Positions 1-9,773 of a stretch of DNA of 23,189 nt are shown here, in pieces; the stretch's first letter is position 1, and each line of letters begins with the position of its first letter. Source of the DNA: Candidatus Methylomirabilia bacterium (GTDB taxonomy: Bacteria; Methylomirabilota; Methylomirabilia; Rokubacteriales; CSP1-6); contig JBGQEL010000064.1 of NCBI GenBank assembly GCA_041496385.1, positions 1-23,189 of the forward strand, read 5' to 3'. Made by a program: the position numbers and the translations under genes. Under the pieces are notes generated by a model that worked only from the letters and a program-made list of their open reading frames with translations, was not told the origin of the DNA and made no database searches.

Positions 1-687
1 GAGCCGCTTGCGGCGCTCCTCGCTCATGCCGACGAGGTAGGACTGGATCGTCTGCTTGGAGCCGCGGATCGATTGGGGCGCGTTCTCCGAGACCTGCCGG
101 AGGTAGTCGTAGGTGTGGCCCTCCAGCTCGTCGGGCGGCACCAGGCGCTGGACGAGGCCGGTCGCGAGCGCCTCGCGGTCGCCCACCGTGCGCGCCGAGT
201 AGAGGATGTCCTTCGCGTACGCGGGGCCGACGAGATCCACGAGCTGGCCGACCGAGTCGGGCGGATAGATGATGTTCAGCTTGGCCGCTGGGATGCCGAA
301 CTTCGAGCCCTCGGCGGCAAAGCGCAGGTCGCACGCCATCGCGACCGCCATCGCGCCGCCCATGCAGAAGCCGAAGATCATCGCGACCGTCGGCTTCGGA
401 CAGTCGCGGATGCCCCGGTACGCCGCGCCCGTCTGCTCGTTGTACCGGAGCGAGGTCGCGGTGTCCTTGCGGTTCTCCTTGAACTCGGAGATGTCGGCGC
501 CGGAGGCGAACGCGTCGCGCCCCGCGCCGCGGTAGACGACCGCGCGCACCGAGTCGTCCTTCGCGAGCCCTTCGGTCACCTGCGCGATCTCGGTCCACAT
601 GGCGAGACTGATCGCGTTGCGCATCTTCGGACGGTTGAAGACCACCGTCGCGATCGCGCCCGCGCGCTCGACCAGGATGTCGCTCAT
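1..687 (-). CDS. Enoyl-CoA hydratase/isomerase (crotonase) family protein, 3' end outside window
   Basis: Not in the ORF track. Manual translation from ATG 687: MSDILVERAGAIATVVFNRPKMRNAISLAMW...AFASGADISEF, the crotonase N-terminus and first oxyanion-hole motif. GGAGG RBS just upstream. Confidence 0.9.
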   Translation of the reverse strand, partial: MSDILVERAGAIATVVFNRPKMRNAISLAMWTEIAQVTEGLAKDDSVRAVVYRGAGRDAFASGADISEFKENRKDTATSLRYNEQTGAAYRGIRDCPKPTVAMIFGFCMGGAMAVAMACDLRFAAEGSKFGIPAAKLNIIYPPDSVGQLVDLVGPAYAKDILYSARTVGDREALATGLVQRLVPPDELEGHTYDYLRQVSENAPQSIRGSKQTIQSYLVGMSEERRKRL

Positions 688-712
688 CACGGCCTCCGAG
701 TGTAGCACGCGC

Positions 713-1690
713 CTATTCGATCACCTGATCCGCGCGCTGCAGGAGCGACGGCGGGACCGTGAGGCCGAGCGCCCTCGCGGTCTTGAGGTTGATCACGAGC
801 TCGAGCTTCGCCGGCTCCTCGAGGGGAAGGTCGCGCGGCTTCTTGCCGTGGAGCAGCTGGATGACGTACCAGGCGGCCCGGGTCCAGAGCGCGTCCCAGT
901 TCGGGCCATACGACATGAGCCCGCCGGCGTCGACGGCAGGCTTCCACGCGTAGGCGGCGGGGAGCCGGTGCTGCGCCGCCAGCTCGACGATCCGGGATTC
1001 GTAGGGCAACGCGTCGGCGACCACGAGGAGGGCGTCGGCCCCGGCGGCCCTCGTGCCCGCGACGATCCTCGGCAGATCCGCACTCCGGGGCACCTCCACC
1101 AGCTCGACGTGGACCCGCAGTCCCCGCGCCACGCTGTCCACGTGATTCCAGAACGGGATCGTGTTGGGGTAGGCGCCAAACGCGAGCGCCCGGATCTTCG
1201 ACGCGCCGGGCACCATCTCCTTCAGGTACGCGAGGCGCGTCGTGAGGATGTCGGCCTTCGTCGGCGCCATCAGGCCGGTGACGTTGGCCTCCGGGTGGGT
1301 GGGGTTCTTCACGAAGCCCTTCTCGACCGGCGTGGGCACCGCGACCATGACGATGGGGATCGTGCGGGTGCTCTGATAGGCCGCGATCAGGGCCGGGGTC
1401 CCCACCGCGACGATCACGTCCGCTCGCTGGCTCACCTCCGCCAGGACCTCTCCGAGCTTGTCGTCGGGCATGACCCAGCGATGGTCGATCGAGACCGTGC
1501 TCCCGGGGACGAACCCCGCTCGGGTCAGCTCACGCGCGAGCGGCTCCGGGTATCGAGAAGGCGACACGATCGCGATCACCGGGCGCTTCCCCGGCTGCTG
1601 CGCCTCGCCGTCGAGCGGCGCGGCACCGAGCGCCACGAGGATGAGGAACGCGAAGCCGCACCGCGCACCGCGGCCCGTCGGCGTCTTCAT
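713..1690 (-). CDS. ABC transporter substrate-binding protein (ABC_sub_bind type), orphan
   Basis: Signal-peptide-like N-terminus, TRTIPIVMV, GGLMSYGP and the characteristic C-terminus LELVINLKTARALGLTVPPSLLQRADQVIE. Confidence 0.88.
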   Translation of the reverse strand: MKTPTGRGARCGFAFLILVALGAAPLDGEAQQPGKRPVIAIVSPSRYPEPLARELTRAGFVPGSTVSIDHRWVMPDDKLGEVLAEVSQRADVIVAVGTPALIAAYQSTRTIPIVMVAVPTPVEKGFVKNPTHPEANVTGLMAPTKADILTTRLAYLKEMVPGASKIRALAFGAYPNTIPFWNHVDSVARGLRVHVELVEVPRSADLPRIVAGTRAAGADALLVVADALPYESRIVELAAQHRLPAAYAWKPAVDAGGLMSYGPNWDALWTRAAWYVIQLLHGKKPRDLPLEEPAKLELVINLKTARALGLTVPPSLLQRADQVIE

Positions 1691-1872
1691 CGAGCGCGAG
1701 TATGGTCCGCGAAGGAGCCGAGGGCAAGGGCGCTCCCAGTGGCCATGCCCATCGCCTAGGATGAAGGAACTCGTGTAACGAGGTTGTGACGACCTGGTAA
1801 ATCCTTGGTGAAGGGGTTACCCTCGCTCGACCACGTCCCTTCTGACCGGCCTGACCCATCGGAGGCGAGGGA

Positions 1873-4800
1873 ATGCAGTGTCCCCGGTGCCAAGTCGAGA
1901 ATCCCCCGGAAACGAGATTCTGCGGCCAGTGCGCTGCGTCGCTTGCCGCCGTGTGCACGTCGTGTGGAGCGAGTAATCCTGGCGACAACAAGTTCTGCGG
2001 CCAGTGCGCCGGTCCACTCGGCCGGCCTGCGGAACCTCGTTTTTCATCACCCGAGTCCTACACGCCAAAGCATCTCGCCGAGAAGATCCTGACGTCCAGG
2101 AGGGCCCTCGAGGGCGAGCGAAAGCAGGTCACCGTCCTCTTCGCCGACCTCAAGGGGTCGATGGAACTGCTCGCTGATCGCGATCCCGAAGAAGCGCGAA
2201 AACTTCTCGATCCGGTCCTGGAGCGGATGATGGAGGCCGTCCACCGCTACGAGGGCACGGTCAACCAGGTCATGGGCGACGGGATCATGGCGCTGTTCGG
2301 CGCTCCGCTCGCGCACGAGGACCATGCCGTGCGGGCGTGCTACGCGGCGTTGCGGATGCAGCAGTCCGTCAGGGCCTACGCCGACGAGGTCTTCCGCACG
2401 CACGGCTTGCCGGTACAGATCCGCATCGGCCTCAATTCGGGAGAGGTCGTGGTCCGGACGATCGGCAGCGATCTGCGCATGGACTACACTGCCGTGGGCC
2501 AGACGACCCACCTCGCGGCCCGGATGGAACAACTGGCGACGCCCGGCACGATTCTGTTGACGCCCGAGACACTGAAGCTGGCCGAGGGTTACGTCTCCGT
2601 CGCGGCACGTGGGCCCGTGCCCGTCAAGGGGCTCAGCGACCCGCTGGACGTCTACGAGATGACGGGTGTTGGGCCGGCGCGCACGCGGCTGCAGGTCGCG
2701 ACGACGGGTCGCGGTCTGACGCGGTTCGTCGGCCGAGAGGCCGAGCTGGAACAATTGCGGCGGTCCCTCGAGCTCGCCGCCAAGGGTCGTGGCCAGGTGG
2801 CGGCCTTGGTTGGCGAGGCGGGCGTCGGCAAGTCGCGGCTGTTCTACGAGCTCACGCATTCCCATCGCACGCATGGATGGCTGGTCCTCGAGTCGGGGGC
2901 CGCGTCCTACGCCAAGGCTGCGAGCTACTTGCCGGTGAGCGATCTGCTCCGGGCCTACTTCAAGATCGGTGACCCGGACAACCAGCGGGAGATCCGCGAG
3001 AAGGTCACGGGCAAGCTCCTCGCCCTGGACCGCGCGCTCGAGCCCACCCTGCCCGCGGTGCTCTCGTTGCTCGACGTCCCAACGGACGATTTGACGTGGG
3101 AGAGTCTCGAGCCGCGCGAACGGCGGCAGCGCACGCTTGACGCGGTCAAGCGGCTGCTCCTGCACGAGAGCCGGGTCCAGCCCCTTGCGGTGGTCTTCGA
3201 GGACCTCCACTGGATCGATGCCGAGACCCAGGCGGTCCTGGACGCGGTGGTCGAGAGCCTCCCGGCGGCGCGGGTCCTCCTCCTCGTCAACTACCGTCCC
3301 GAATACGGCCACGGCTGGGGGAGTAAGACCTACTACTCGCAGCTCCGCCTCGACGCGCTACCCCCGGAGACCGCCGACGACCTCCTCCGCGGCCTGCTCG
3401 GCGTGGATCCGGCACTCGAGCCCCTCAAGCGGATGTTGACCGCGCGGACAGAGGGCAACCCGCTGTTCCTCGAGGAGTCCGTCCGCGCTCTTGTTGAGAC
3501 CGGGGTCCTCGCGGGCGAGCGCGGGGCCCACCGGCTGGCCAAACCGGTCGAGGCCATCGAGGTGCCGGCGACGGTGCAGGCAATGCTGGCCGCCCGTATC
3601 GACCGGCTGCCCTCGGAGGAGAAGGCTCTCCTGCAGGCGGCGTCCGCGGTGGGCAAGGACGTCCCGCTCGAGCTGCTCCGCGCCGTGGCCGACCTCGGCG
3701 AGCAGGACCTCCCGCGCCTGCTCGCGCGCCTCACGGCGGCCGAGTTCCTCTACGAGACGAGCCTCTTCCCCGATCCCGAGTACAGTTTCAAGCACGCGCT
3801 GACGCATGAAGTGGCCTACGGCAGCCTGCTCCGCGAGCGGCGCCGCGGCCTCCACGCGCAGATCGTCGAGGCCATCGAGCGGCTCCATGCCGAGCGCCTC
3901 CCCGAGCACGTCGAGCGGCTCGCCCACCACGCGCTCCGGGGCGAGGTGTGGGCAAAGGCGCTGGCGTACCTTCGGCAGGCGGGACTCAGGGCCATCGCGC
4001 GCTCTGCTCACCGCGAAGCCATCGCGAATCTCGAGGAGGCCCTGGCCGCGATGCGACATCTCGCCGAGAGTCGCGAGACCACAGTCTTGGCCGTCGACCT
4101 CCGGCTGGAGCTGGCCTTCGCGCTCGCCCAGTCCGCGCGGTACGCGGACATCCTCCAACGGATGAGGGAGGCCGAGCCGCTTGCAGAATCGCTGGACGAT
4201 CGGATCCGGCTCTGCCAGGTCCTGCTGCGGATGTCCCAGGCGCTCAGATTGACGGGTGACTACGGCGACGCCCTCCGTGTGGGCCACCGCGCTGTGGCCG
4301 TCGCCGACGAGCTTGGCGACCCTTTCCTCCGATCCGGCACGCGCCACCGCCTCGGACAGATCTACTTCTCCGTAGGCGAGTATCCCAGGGCGGTCGAGCT
4401 GCTGCGCGGGAGCGTCGACCTTCTAGGTGAGCTCGCGGGGATAGGGGACGAACTCGGGTATGTCCGGGGGGTCGGACCCCATGCATGGCTCGGCTACGGG
4501 CTCGCGTTTCTCGGAGAGTTCAAGGAGGCCATCCTGCTAGGGCGACAGGCCCTCCGGCTCGCCGAATCCGGCGCGCGCCCGGGAGATCTGATCGTCGCGC
4601 TCGGCGCCCTCGGCTCCATCTACCTCGCCAAGGGCGACCACCATGAGGTCGTCCCGGTCCTGGAACGCGGCCTCGCTCTCTGCCGGAGCTGGGGCATTCT
4701 CGACTGGTCACCCACCATTACATCGGGCCTCGCCGCCGCGTACGCGCGCGAGGGTCGTCTCGCGGAGGCGATCGCCCTTCACCAGCGCGCAGCAGAGGAA

Positions 4801-5265
4801 GAGGCGCGGGGAACACAGGGCACCCCGACCACCGGGGTCCTGCGTCTCGCCGAGACTTATTTGGTGGCTGACCGAGTCGACGACGCACGCGCCTGCGCCG
4901 AGCGAGCGCTCAGTCTCTCGCGGACGGCCGGCGAGCGAAGCAGCGAGGCGCGGGCGCTCCGGCTTCTCGGAGAGGTCGACGCCCGCGGCGATTCGTCCGG
5001 TGTCGACCGGTCCGAGCGACATTTCCGAGAGGCGTTGACCCGGAGCGAGGAACTCAGCTTGCGCCCGCTCGTCGCCCACTGCCACCTCGGCCTGGGCACG
5101 CTCTACCGGCGCTCTGGCAAGCGGATGCGGGCGCAGGAACACCTCACGACGGCGACGACGCTGTACCGCGAGATGGACATGCGGTTCTGGCTGGAGAAGG
5201 CGGAGGCGGAGAAGACGCTGACTGCCGCTCCGCCGACGGAATCCCAACCGACCACAGGAGATTGA
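1873..5265 (+). CDS. Double zinc ribbon + class III adenylate/guanylate cyclase + AAA (STAND-like) ATPase + TPR protein
   Basis: Four CxxC pairs at the N-terminus; ERKQVTVLFADLKGS and GDGIMALFGAP cyclase motifs; Walker A GEAGVGKS; Walker B VVFEDLHW; EGNPLFLEE; helical repeats at the C-terminus; GGAGG/GAGGG RBS. Confidence 0.92.
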   Translation: MQCPRCQVENPPETRFCGQCAASLAAVCTSCGASNPGDNKFCGQCAGPLGRPAEPRFSSPESYTPKHLAEKILTSRRALEGERKQVTVLFADLKGSMELLADRDPEEARKLLDPVLERMMEAVHRYEGTVNQVMGDGIMALFGAPLAHEDHAVRACYAALRMQQSVRAYADEVFRTHGLPVQIRIGLNSGEVVVRTIGSDLRMDYTAVGQTTHLAARMEQLATPGTILLTPETLKLAEGYVSVAARGPVPVKGLSDPLDVYEMTGVGPARTRLQVATTGRGLTRFVGREAELEQLRRSLELAAKGRGQVAALVGEAGVGKSRLFYELTHSHRTHGWLVLESGAASYAKAASYLPVSDLLRAYFKIGDPDNQREIREKVTGKLLALDRALEPTLPAVLSLLDVPTDDLTWESLEPRERRQRTLDAVKRLLLHESRVQPLAVVFEDLHWIDAETQAVLDAVVESLPAARVLLLVNYRPEYGHGWGSKTYYSQLRLDALPPETADDLLRGLLGVDPALEPLKRMLTARTEGNPLFLEESVRALVETGVLAGERGAHRLAKPVEAIEVPATVQAMLAARIDRLPSEEKALLQAASAVGKDVPLELLRAVADLGEQDLPRLLARLTAAEFLYETSLFPDPEYSFKHALTHEVAYGSLLRERRRGLHAQIVEAIERLHAERLPEHVERLAHHALRGEVWAKALAYLRQAGLRAIARSAHREAIANLEEALAAMRHLAESRETTVLAVDLRLELAFALAQSARYADILQRMREAEPLAESLDDRIRLCQVLLRMSQALRLTGDYGDALRVGHRAVAVADELGDPFLRSGTRHRLGQIYFSVGEYPRAVELLRGSVDLLGELAGIGDELGYVRGVGPHAWLGYGLAFLGEFKEAILLGRQALRLAESGARPGDLIVALGALGSIYLAKGDHHEVVPVLERGLALCRSWGILDWSPTITSGLAAAYAREGRLAEAIALHQRAAEEEARGTQGTPTTGVLRLAETYLVADRVDDARACAERALSLSRTAGERSSEARALRLLGEVDARGDSSGVDRSERHFREALTRSEELSLRPLVAHCHLGLGTLYRRSGKRMRAQEHLTTATTLYREMDMRFWLEKAEAEKTLTAAPPTESQPTTGD

Positions 5266-5269
5266 CCTC

Positions 5270-5446
5270 ATGAAGAACGTCCAGATGCGGGTTGAGGGGA
5301 ACATCCTCACGATCACGGTGGACCTCTCGAAGGAATTCGGGCCGTCCTCTTCGGGCAAGACCATCATCGTTGCGTCGACCGAGGGCAACGTGGCGGTGCC
5401 CGAGCGCGAGGAGAAGGTCGGGTTGAACGTGTACCGGAAGAAGTGA
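5270..5446 (+). CDS. Small hypothetical protein, 58 aa (MKNVQMRVEGNILTITVDLSKEFGPSSSGKTIIVASTEGNVAVPEREEKVGLNVYRKK)
   Basis: Below the ORF-track cutoff. AGGAG RBS at 5256-5260, coding-like codon use, stop overlaps the next start (GTGA). Confidence 0.8.
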   Translation: MKNVQMRVEGNILTITVDLSKEFGPSSSGKTIIVASTEGNVAVPEREEKVGLNVYRKK

Positions 5447-5739
5447 AGGCTCCAACGGGAGACCGATGGTTCTGTTACGTGCTCGAGTGCGCCGACGGGA
5501 CCTTGTACACCGGCATCACGAACTCGCTCGATCGGCGGCTCTCGATGCACAATCGCGGTCGTGCCTCGAGATATACTCGTGGCCGACGTCCGGTCAGATT
5601 GATCTACGCCGAACCGTACCGGGACCGGTCGTCAGCGAGTCGCCGCGAAATCGAAGTGAAGAAGATGTCCAGAGTGAGGAAGCGCCGGCTCAGGAACCGA
5701 GCGTCCGGATCTCTTCCTGCGAGAAGCCGAGCTCGGTGA
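5443..5739 (+). CDS. GIY-YIG nuclease family protein (UPF0213/YhbQ-like)
   Basis: WFCYVLECADGTLYTGITNSLDRRLSMHNRGRASRYTRGRRPV...ASRREIEVKK matches the stand-alone GIY-YIG pattern. Confidence 0.88.
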   Translation: MKAPTGDRWFCYVLECADGTLYTGITNSLDRRLSMHNRGRASRYTRGRRPVRLIYAEPYRDRSSASRREIEVKKMSRVRKRRLRNRASGSLPARSRAR

Positions 5740-6856
5740 GCACCTCACGCGTGTGCTCGCCGAGACGCGGCGGCAACCGGCGCACCGAGCCGGGAGTGCC
5801 CTCGAGCTTGACGGGAATTCCGACCGTCCTGATGCTTCCGAGATCGGGGTGGCGCATCTCGAGCACCATCTGATTGTTCGCCACCTGCGGGTCGTTCAGC
5901 GCCGCCTCGATGTCATTGACAGGGGCACACAGGATGTCGACGGATTCGAGCGCGTCGATGACCTGCTTCGTCGTCCGCGTCGCGAACTCCTGCCGCCATC
6001 GCTCCTGGAGCTCCTCCCGGTGCGCGACCTGCGCCTCGTGCGTCGCGTAGCGCGGATCGGCGGAAAGGTCCCCGATGCCGAGGCCACGACAGATCTCCTG
6101 GAGGGGATTCGCCTTGAAGGCGCCCACCATGACGACGTAGCCGTCGAGCGTCCGGAACGTACCGGACAGCGGGAAGGCGCCCCAGTTCAAGCGCTCGCCG
6201 AGGTTCAGCCACGCGGACGCCTCCTGAAGCTGCATCGCGAGCATGCCATCCAGCAGCGACACGTGCACGAGCTGTCCACGGCCGGTCTGCGCGCGCGCCA
6301 GCAGGGCCAGCAGGATCGCCTGCACGAGGAGCATCCCTCCGGTGAAGTCGGCGATCGGCGTCGCGCTCGGCTCGGGGGGCGCGCCGGGATCCGCCCTCCG
6401 CGAGGCAATCCCGCTCATCGCCTGCGCCAGGACGTCCTGACCGCCCTTGTCCCGGTAGGGACCGGTGGGGCCGTATCCGCTGCCGAACGCGTAGATCAGA
6501 CGCGGATTGATCGCCGAGAGATCCGCGTAGCCGAGGCCGAGCCGCTCCATCACGCCGGGGCGAAAGTTGTGCACGAGCACATCGGCCTTTCGGGCCAGGC
6601 GTTGGATGGCCTCGCGGCCGAGCTGCCCGCGCACGTCGAGGGCGACGCTGCGCTTGTTGCGGTTCAGGCTCCAGAAGACAGCACTTTCTCCGCTCGCGTG
6701 CCGCATGTGCTCACGCGAGAGATCGCCGGTGCCGGGGCGCTCGATCTTGATGACGTCGGCGCCGAAGTCGCCCAGCACTTGCGTCGCGCACGGCCCCATC
6801 TCGATCTGCGAGAAGTCGAGGACCGTGACCCCCTCGAGCGGTGCGACGCTCGTCAT
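5690..6856 (-). CDS. Class III CoA-transferase (CaiB/BaiF family)
   Basis: PLEGVTVLDFSQ..GP, DFGADVIKIERPGTGD, NRNKRSVALD, HNFRPGVMERLGL, PPRLGEHT. Start placed at ATG 6856 (ATGA overlap with upstream stop), not at 7282. Confidence 0.93.
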   Translation of the reverse strand: MTSVAPLEGVTVLDFSQIEMGPCATQVLGDFGADVIKIERPGTGDLSREHMRHASGESAVFWSLNRNKRSVALDVRGQLGREAIQRLARKADVLVHNFRPGVMERLGLGYADLSAINPRLIYAFGSGYGPTGPYRDKGGQDVLAQAMSGIASRRADPGAPPEPSATPIADFTGGMLLVQAILLALLARAQTGRGQLVHVSLLDGMLAMQLQEASAWLNLGERLNWGAFPLSGTFRTLDGYVVMVGAFKANPLQEICRGLGIGDLSADPRYATHEAQVAHREELQERWRQEFATRTTKQVIDALESVDILCAPVNDIEAALNDPQVANNQMVLEMRHPDLGSIRTVGIPVKLEGTPGSVRRLPPRLGEHTREVLTELGFSQEEIRTLGS

Positions 6857-7656
6857 CGGCCCGACCATCGGGGCGCTCGCCGCTCGAGGAATGCGTTCAC
6901 ACCCTCCACCTGGTCGGCCGAGACCAACGCCTTGGCCATCGCCGGCGGGACGAGGCCGACGGCGGCCGGCAGGGACAGGTCCAGTCCCTTCATCACGGCT
7001 TCCTTCGTCCCCTGCACCGACAGCGGCGCACACGCCAGGATCTCGTCCGCCCACCGCCGCGCCGCGGGCAGCAAATCGGCGAGCGGGACCACCTCGCTGA
7101 CGAGGCCGGTCCGGTACGCCTCGCGGGCCGAGACGCGGCGGCCCGTCAGCAGCATTCCCATCGCGGTCTTGAGCGGCATGGATCGCACGAGACGGTGCAT
7201 GCCGCCCTCGAGCGCCATCCGTCCGACGCGCGGCTCGGGCAGCCCGAACTCGGCGTGCTCGGCGGCCACGATGATGTCGCACGCCAGCGCCAGCTCGAGA
7301 CCGCCGCCGAGCGCGAAGCCGTTCACCGCCGCGATGATGGGCTTCGTCATGTCGTAGCGAAGCGTCAGCCCGCCGAGCCCGCGCGGGTGCCGGTGCGCGA
7401 GGTATCCCGCGCCGTGCTGCTCCCCCGCCGGCGGCGAAGGCGCCCGCATGTCGTACCCGGCCGAGAACGACTTGTCGCCGGCTCCGGTGAGGATCGCGAC
7501 ACGCAGCTCAGGGTCGGCCTCGTACTGGGTCCAGACGTGGTCCAGCTCGTCGGAGGCGGCCCGATGGAGCGCGTTGCGGACCTCGGGCCGATCGAGCGTG
7601 ACGACGAGGAGGTGCCCCTCGCGCTCGACGCGACAGAATTCCATCGCGTCGCTCAC
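6853..7656 (-). CDS. Enoyl-CoA hydratase/crotonase (CaiD-like)
   Basis: C-terminal part of the 1361-aa track ORF: VTLDRPEVRNAL, FSAGYDM, KPIIAAVNGFALGGGLELALACD, FGLPEPRVG. Start is GTG 7656 (GTGA overlap) or ATG 7644. Confidence 0.92.
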   Translation of the reverse strand: MSDAMEFCRVEREGHLLVVTLDRPEVRNALHRAASDELDHVWTQYEADPELRVAILTGAGDKSFSAGYDMRAPSPPAGEQHGAGYLAHRHPRGLGGLTLRYDMTKPIIAAVNGFALGGGLELALACDIIVAAEHAEFGLPEPRVGRMALEGGMHRLVRSMPLKTAMGMLLTGRRVSAREAYRTGLVSEVVPLADLLPAARRWADEILACAPLSVQGTKEAVMKGLDLSLPAAVGLVPPAMAKALVSADQVEGVNAFLERRAPRWSGR

Positions 7657-8978
7657 GCCACCGGCACCGGCGCTCCGAGGTTCACGCCTTGAGCCAGGAG
7701 CCGCTTCTGCAGCGCGGGGACGTCGACCTTGCGCGGAGCCACGCCCGATTCCAGGCTCAACGCCGCGGCGGTGCCGGCCGCCTCTCCCATCACCATCAGG
7801 GGCGGGATTTCCCGGCTGATCCGCTGCGCCTCCGGCGTCGCCGAGTAGCAGCGGCCGGCCACGAGGAGGCCGTCGATCCCTTTCGGGATCAGGCTTCGAT
7901 ACGGCGTGTAGTAGTCGCGGCCGCGCGCGATCACGTCGGGGAAACTCCGGCGGCCCACGACGTCCTCCTTGGTGACGACGTACTCGCCGTCGAGCAGGCG
8001 CGTCTGGCGCACGCCGACCTGTGGCGCCGCGTCGAGAATGTACGCGCGCTCGAATCCGGGATACTGCGCGCGCACGAAGTCCACCACCTTCATGAACCGG
8101 CGCCGGCCCTCGACCTCGATGTGGGTCAGGTGCTCGGGATTCAGCCCGTCGAAGCCCGGGATGTGCGGGCAATTGCACCAGACCACACCGGGCCGCGGGG
8201 TCATCATCCACCACATGTCCCACGCGCCACCGAGCAGCTGCTTGACGGTGGCGTCGAGCTGGTGCGTCGCGACCGGATCGCGGCGCTCGAACGCCATCGC
8301 CGCATCCGTGTCCACGTCGGCCAGCCGGTGCACGAGGGTCATGATGTACGAGCCGTGGATGCCCGGCGCGCCCGCGCTGTCGAAGACGTCGCCGTCTCCG
8401 GTCGCGTCGATCACGACGCGGCCGCGGATCGCCTGCCGCCCCGCCTTGGTCTCCACGACCACGCCGCGGACCGCGCCATCCTCGACCAGCGCCCGCGAGA
8501 ACCACGAGTGGCAGCGCAGGCGCACACCCGCTTCGAGCACCATCTCCTGCGACACCTGCTTCCAGCCTTCGGGGTCGAAGACCGCCGCGTACACGATCGG
8601 CTTTGGCTTCGTCCGCGCGTACAGCTCCTCGAACCCCCAGCGCACCCAGCGGTCCCGGACGGCGGCATCGTTCCGGAAGCAATCTTCCATGGGTGGCGCG
8701 ACGCACGCGCCGATCCGCTGCATCCGGTCGACGATCTCGAGCGCCAGCCCGCCCACCGAGACCTCGCCCTCGGCGCACATGTCGTCGAGCACGAGGACCA
8801 TGCCGCCGGACGCGAGCCCGCCGAGATAGCCGTAGCGCTCGAGCAGCGTCACGTTGGCGCCGGCGCGCGCCGCGGCGACCGCGGCCGACTGGCCGGCGGG
8901 GCCGCCGCCGACCACGAGCACGTCGGTCTCGGCAACGACGGGCGTCTCCCGGCCTGGTTCGTTCACCGTCTGCGTCAT
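7653..8978 (-). CDS. FAD-dependent oxidoreductase (FAD_oxidored family)
   Basis: DVLVVGGGPAG Rossmann motif, LERYGYLGG, IDATGDGDV, PYRSLIP..IDGLLVAGRCYS. Confidence 0.9.
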   Translation of the reverse strand: MTQTVNEPGRETPVVAETDVLVVGGGPAGQSAAVAAARAGANVTLLERYGYLGGLASGGMVLVLDDMCAEGEVSVGGLALEIVDRMQRIGACVAPPMEDCFRNDAAVRDRWVRWGFEELYARTKPKPIVYAAVFDPEGWKQVSQEMVLEAGVRLRCHSWFSRALVEDGAVRGVVVETKAGRQAIRGRVVIDATGDGDVFDSAGAPGIHGSYIMTLVHRLADVDTDAAMAFERRDPVATHQLDATVKQLLGGAWDMWWMMTPRPGVVWCNCPHIPGFDGLNPEHLTHIEVEGRRRFMKVVDFVRAQYPGFERAYILDAAPQVGVRQTRLLDGEYVVTKEDVVGRRSFPDVIARGRDYYTPYRSLIPKGIDGLLVAGRCYSATPEAQRISREIPPLMVMGEAAGTAAALSLESGVAPRKVDVPALQKRLLAQGVNLGAPVPVA

Positions 8979-8996
8979 CGATGGCCTCCGATCGTC

Positions 8997-9770
8997 TCAC
9001 CGCTCCCAGCGGACCAGGAGCCATTCCAAGATACTCACCAGGAAGAAGAACGCGAGCGCGATCGCCGATGTTACCACCATCGCCGCGTAGAGCAGCGCGG
9101 TCCGAAAGTCGTAGGTCGTGAGCACGATGAGGTAGCCGAGTCCCTTGTTGGTCCCGATCCACTCGGCGACCAGCGCGCCGAGCACGCTGGAGGTCGAGGC
9201 GATGCGCATCGCCGAGAAGAGATACGGCAGCGACGACGGCCACCGGACGTAGCGAACGATCTCGGTCTTGCTGGCGGACAGCACGTGCATCAGCTCCATC
9301 GCCTGCACGTCGGCCGACTCGAGCCCCTCGACCATGTTCACCAGCGTCGGAAAGAACGTGATCAGGGCCGCGATCGCGACCTTCGGCGCGTAGCCGTTGC
9401 CGAGCAGCAGCACCAGGATGGGGGCGATGGCCACGATGGGCAGCGTCCGCACGGCCACCGCCACCGGATAGAGCGCGCGCTCCAGCACCTTGTTGTGGAC
9501 GAACGCGAGGGCGGCGGCGATGGCCACGAGGTTCCCGAGCGCGAAGCCGCCGAGGGATTCCAGGATCGTGGGGATCGCGTTGTCGAGCAGCCGGGCGCGC
9601 TCCTTCACCAGGGCCTGCCCGACGGAGGCCGGGGTCGGCACCACGTAGGGCGGCACCGCGAAGACGCGGATCGCCAGGTCCCACACCATCACCAGGCCCG
9701 CGATCACGATCAGCGGCAGCAGGAGCCGCCGGAGCAGCACGGCTCGAGGCGAGCGCCCCGCCGTGGGCAC
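8997..9770 (-). CDS. ABC transporter permease, NitT/TauT/SsuC type
   Basis: Multiple TM helices, PIVAIAPIL, FFPTLVN, SLPYLFSAMRIA, GALVAEW..TNKGLGYLI. Confidence 0.92.
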   Translation of the reverse strand: MPTAGRSPRAVLLRRLLLPLIVIAGLVMVWDLAIRVFAVPPYVVPTPASVGQALVKERARLLDNAIPTILESLGGFALGNLVAIAAALAFVHNKVLERALYPVAVAVRTLPIVAIAPILVLLLGNGYAPKVAIAALITFFPTLVNMVEGLESADVQAMELMHVLSASKTEIVRYVRWPSSLPYLFSAMRIASTSSVLGALVAEWIGTNKGLGYLIVLTTYDFRTALLYAAMVVTSAIALAFFFLVSILEWLLVRWER

Positions 9771-9773
9771 GCC

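Noticed and set aside
5690..5739. 50-bp overlap of the convergent GIY-YIG and CoA-transferase 3' ends
   Set aside because: Common in high-GC genomes; probably a non-conserved tail extension.
1873..5739. Pycsar, CBASS or Avs defence system
   Set aside because: The architecture matches a widespread cyclase-AAA-TPR signalling family and no cyclic-nucleotide-binding effector is adjacent; kept only as a low-weight finding.
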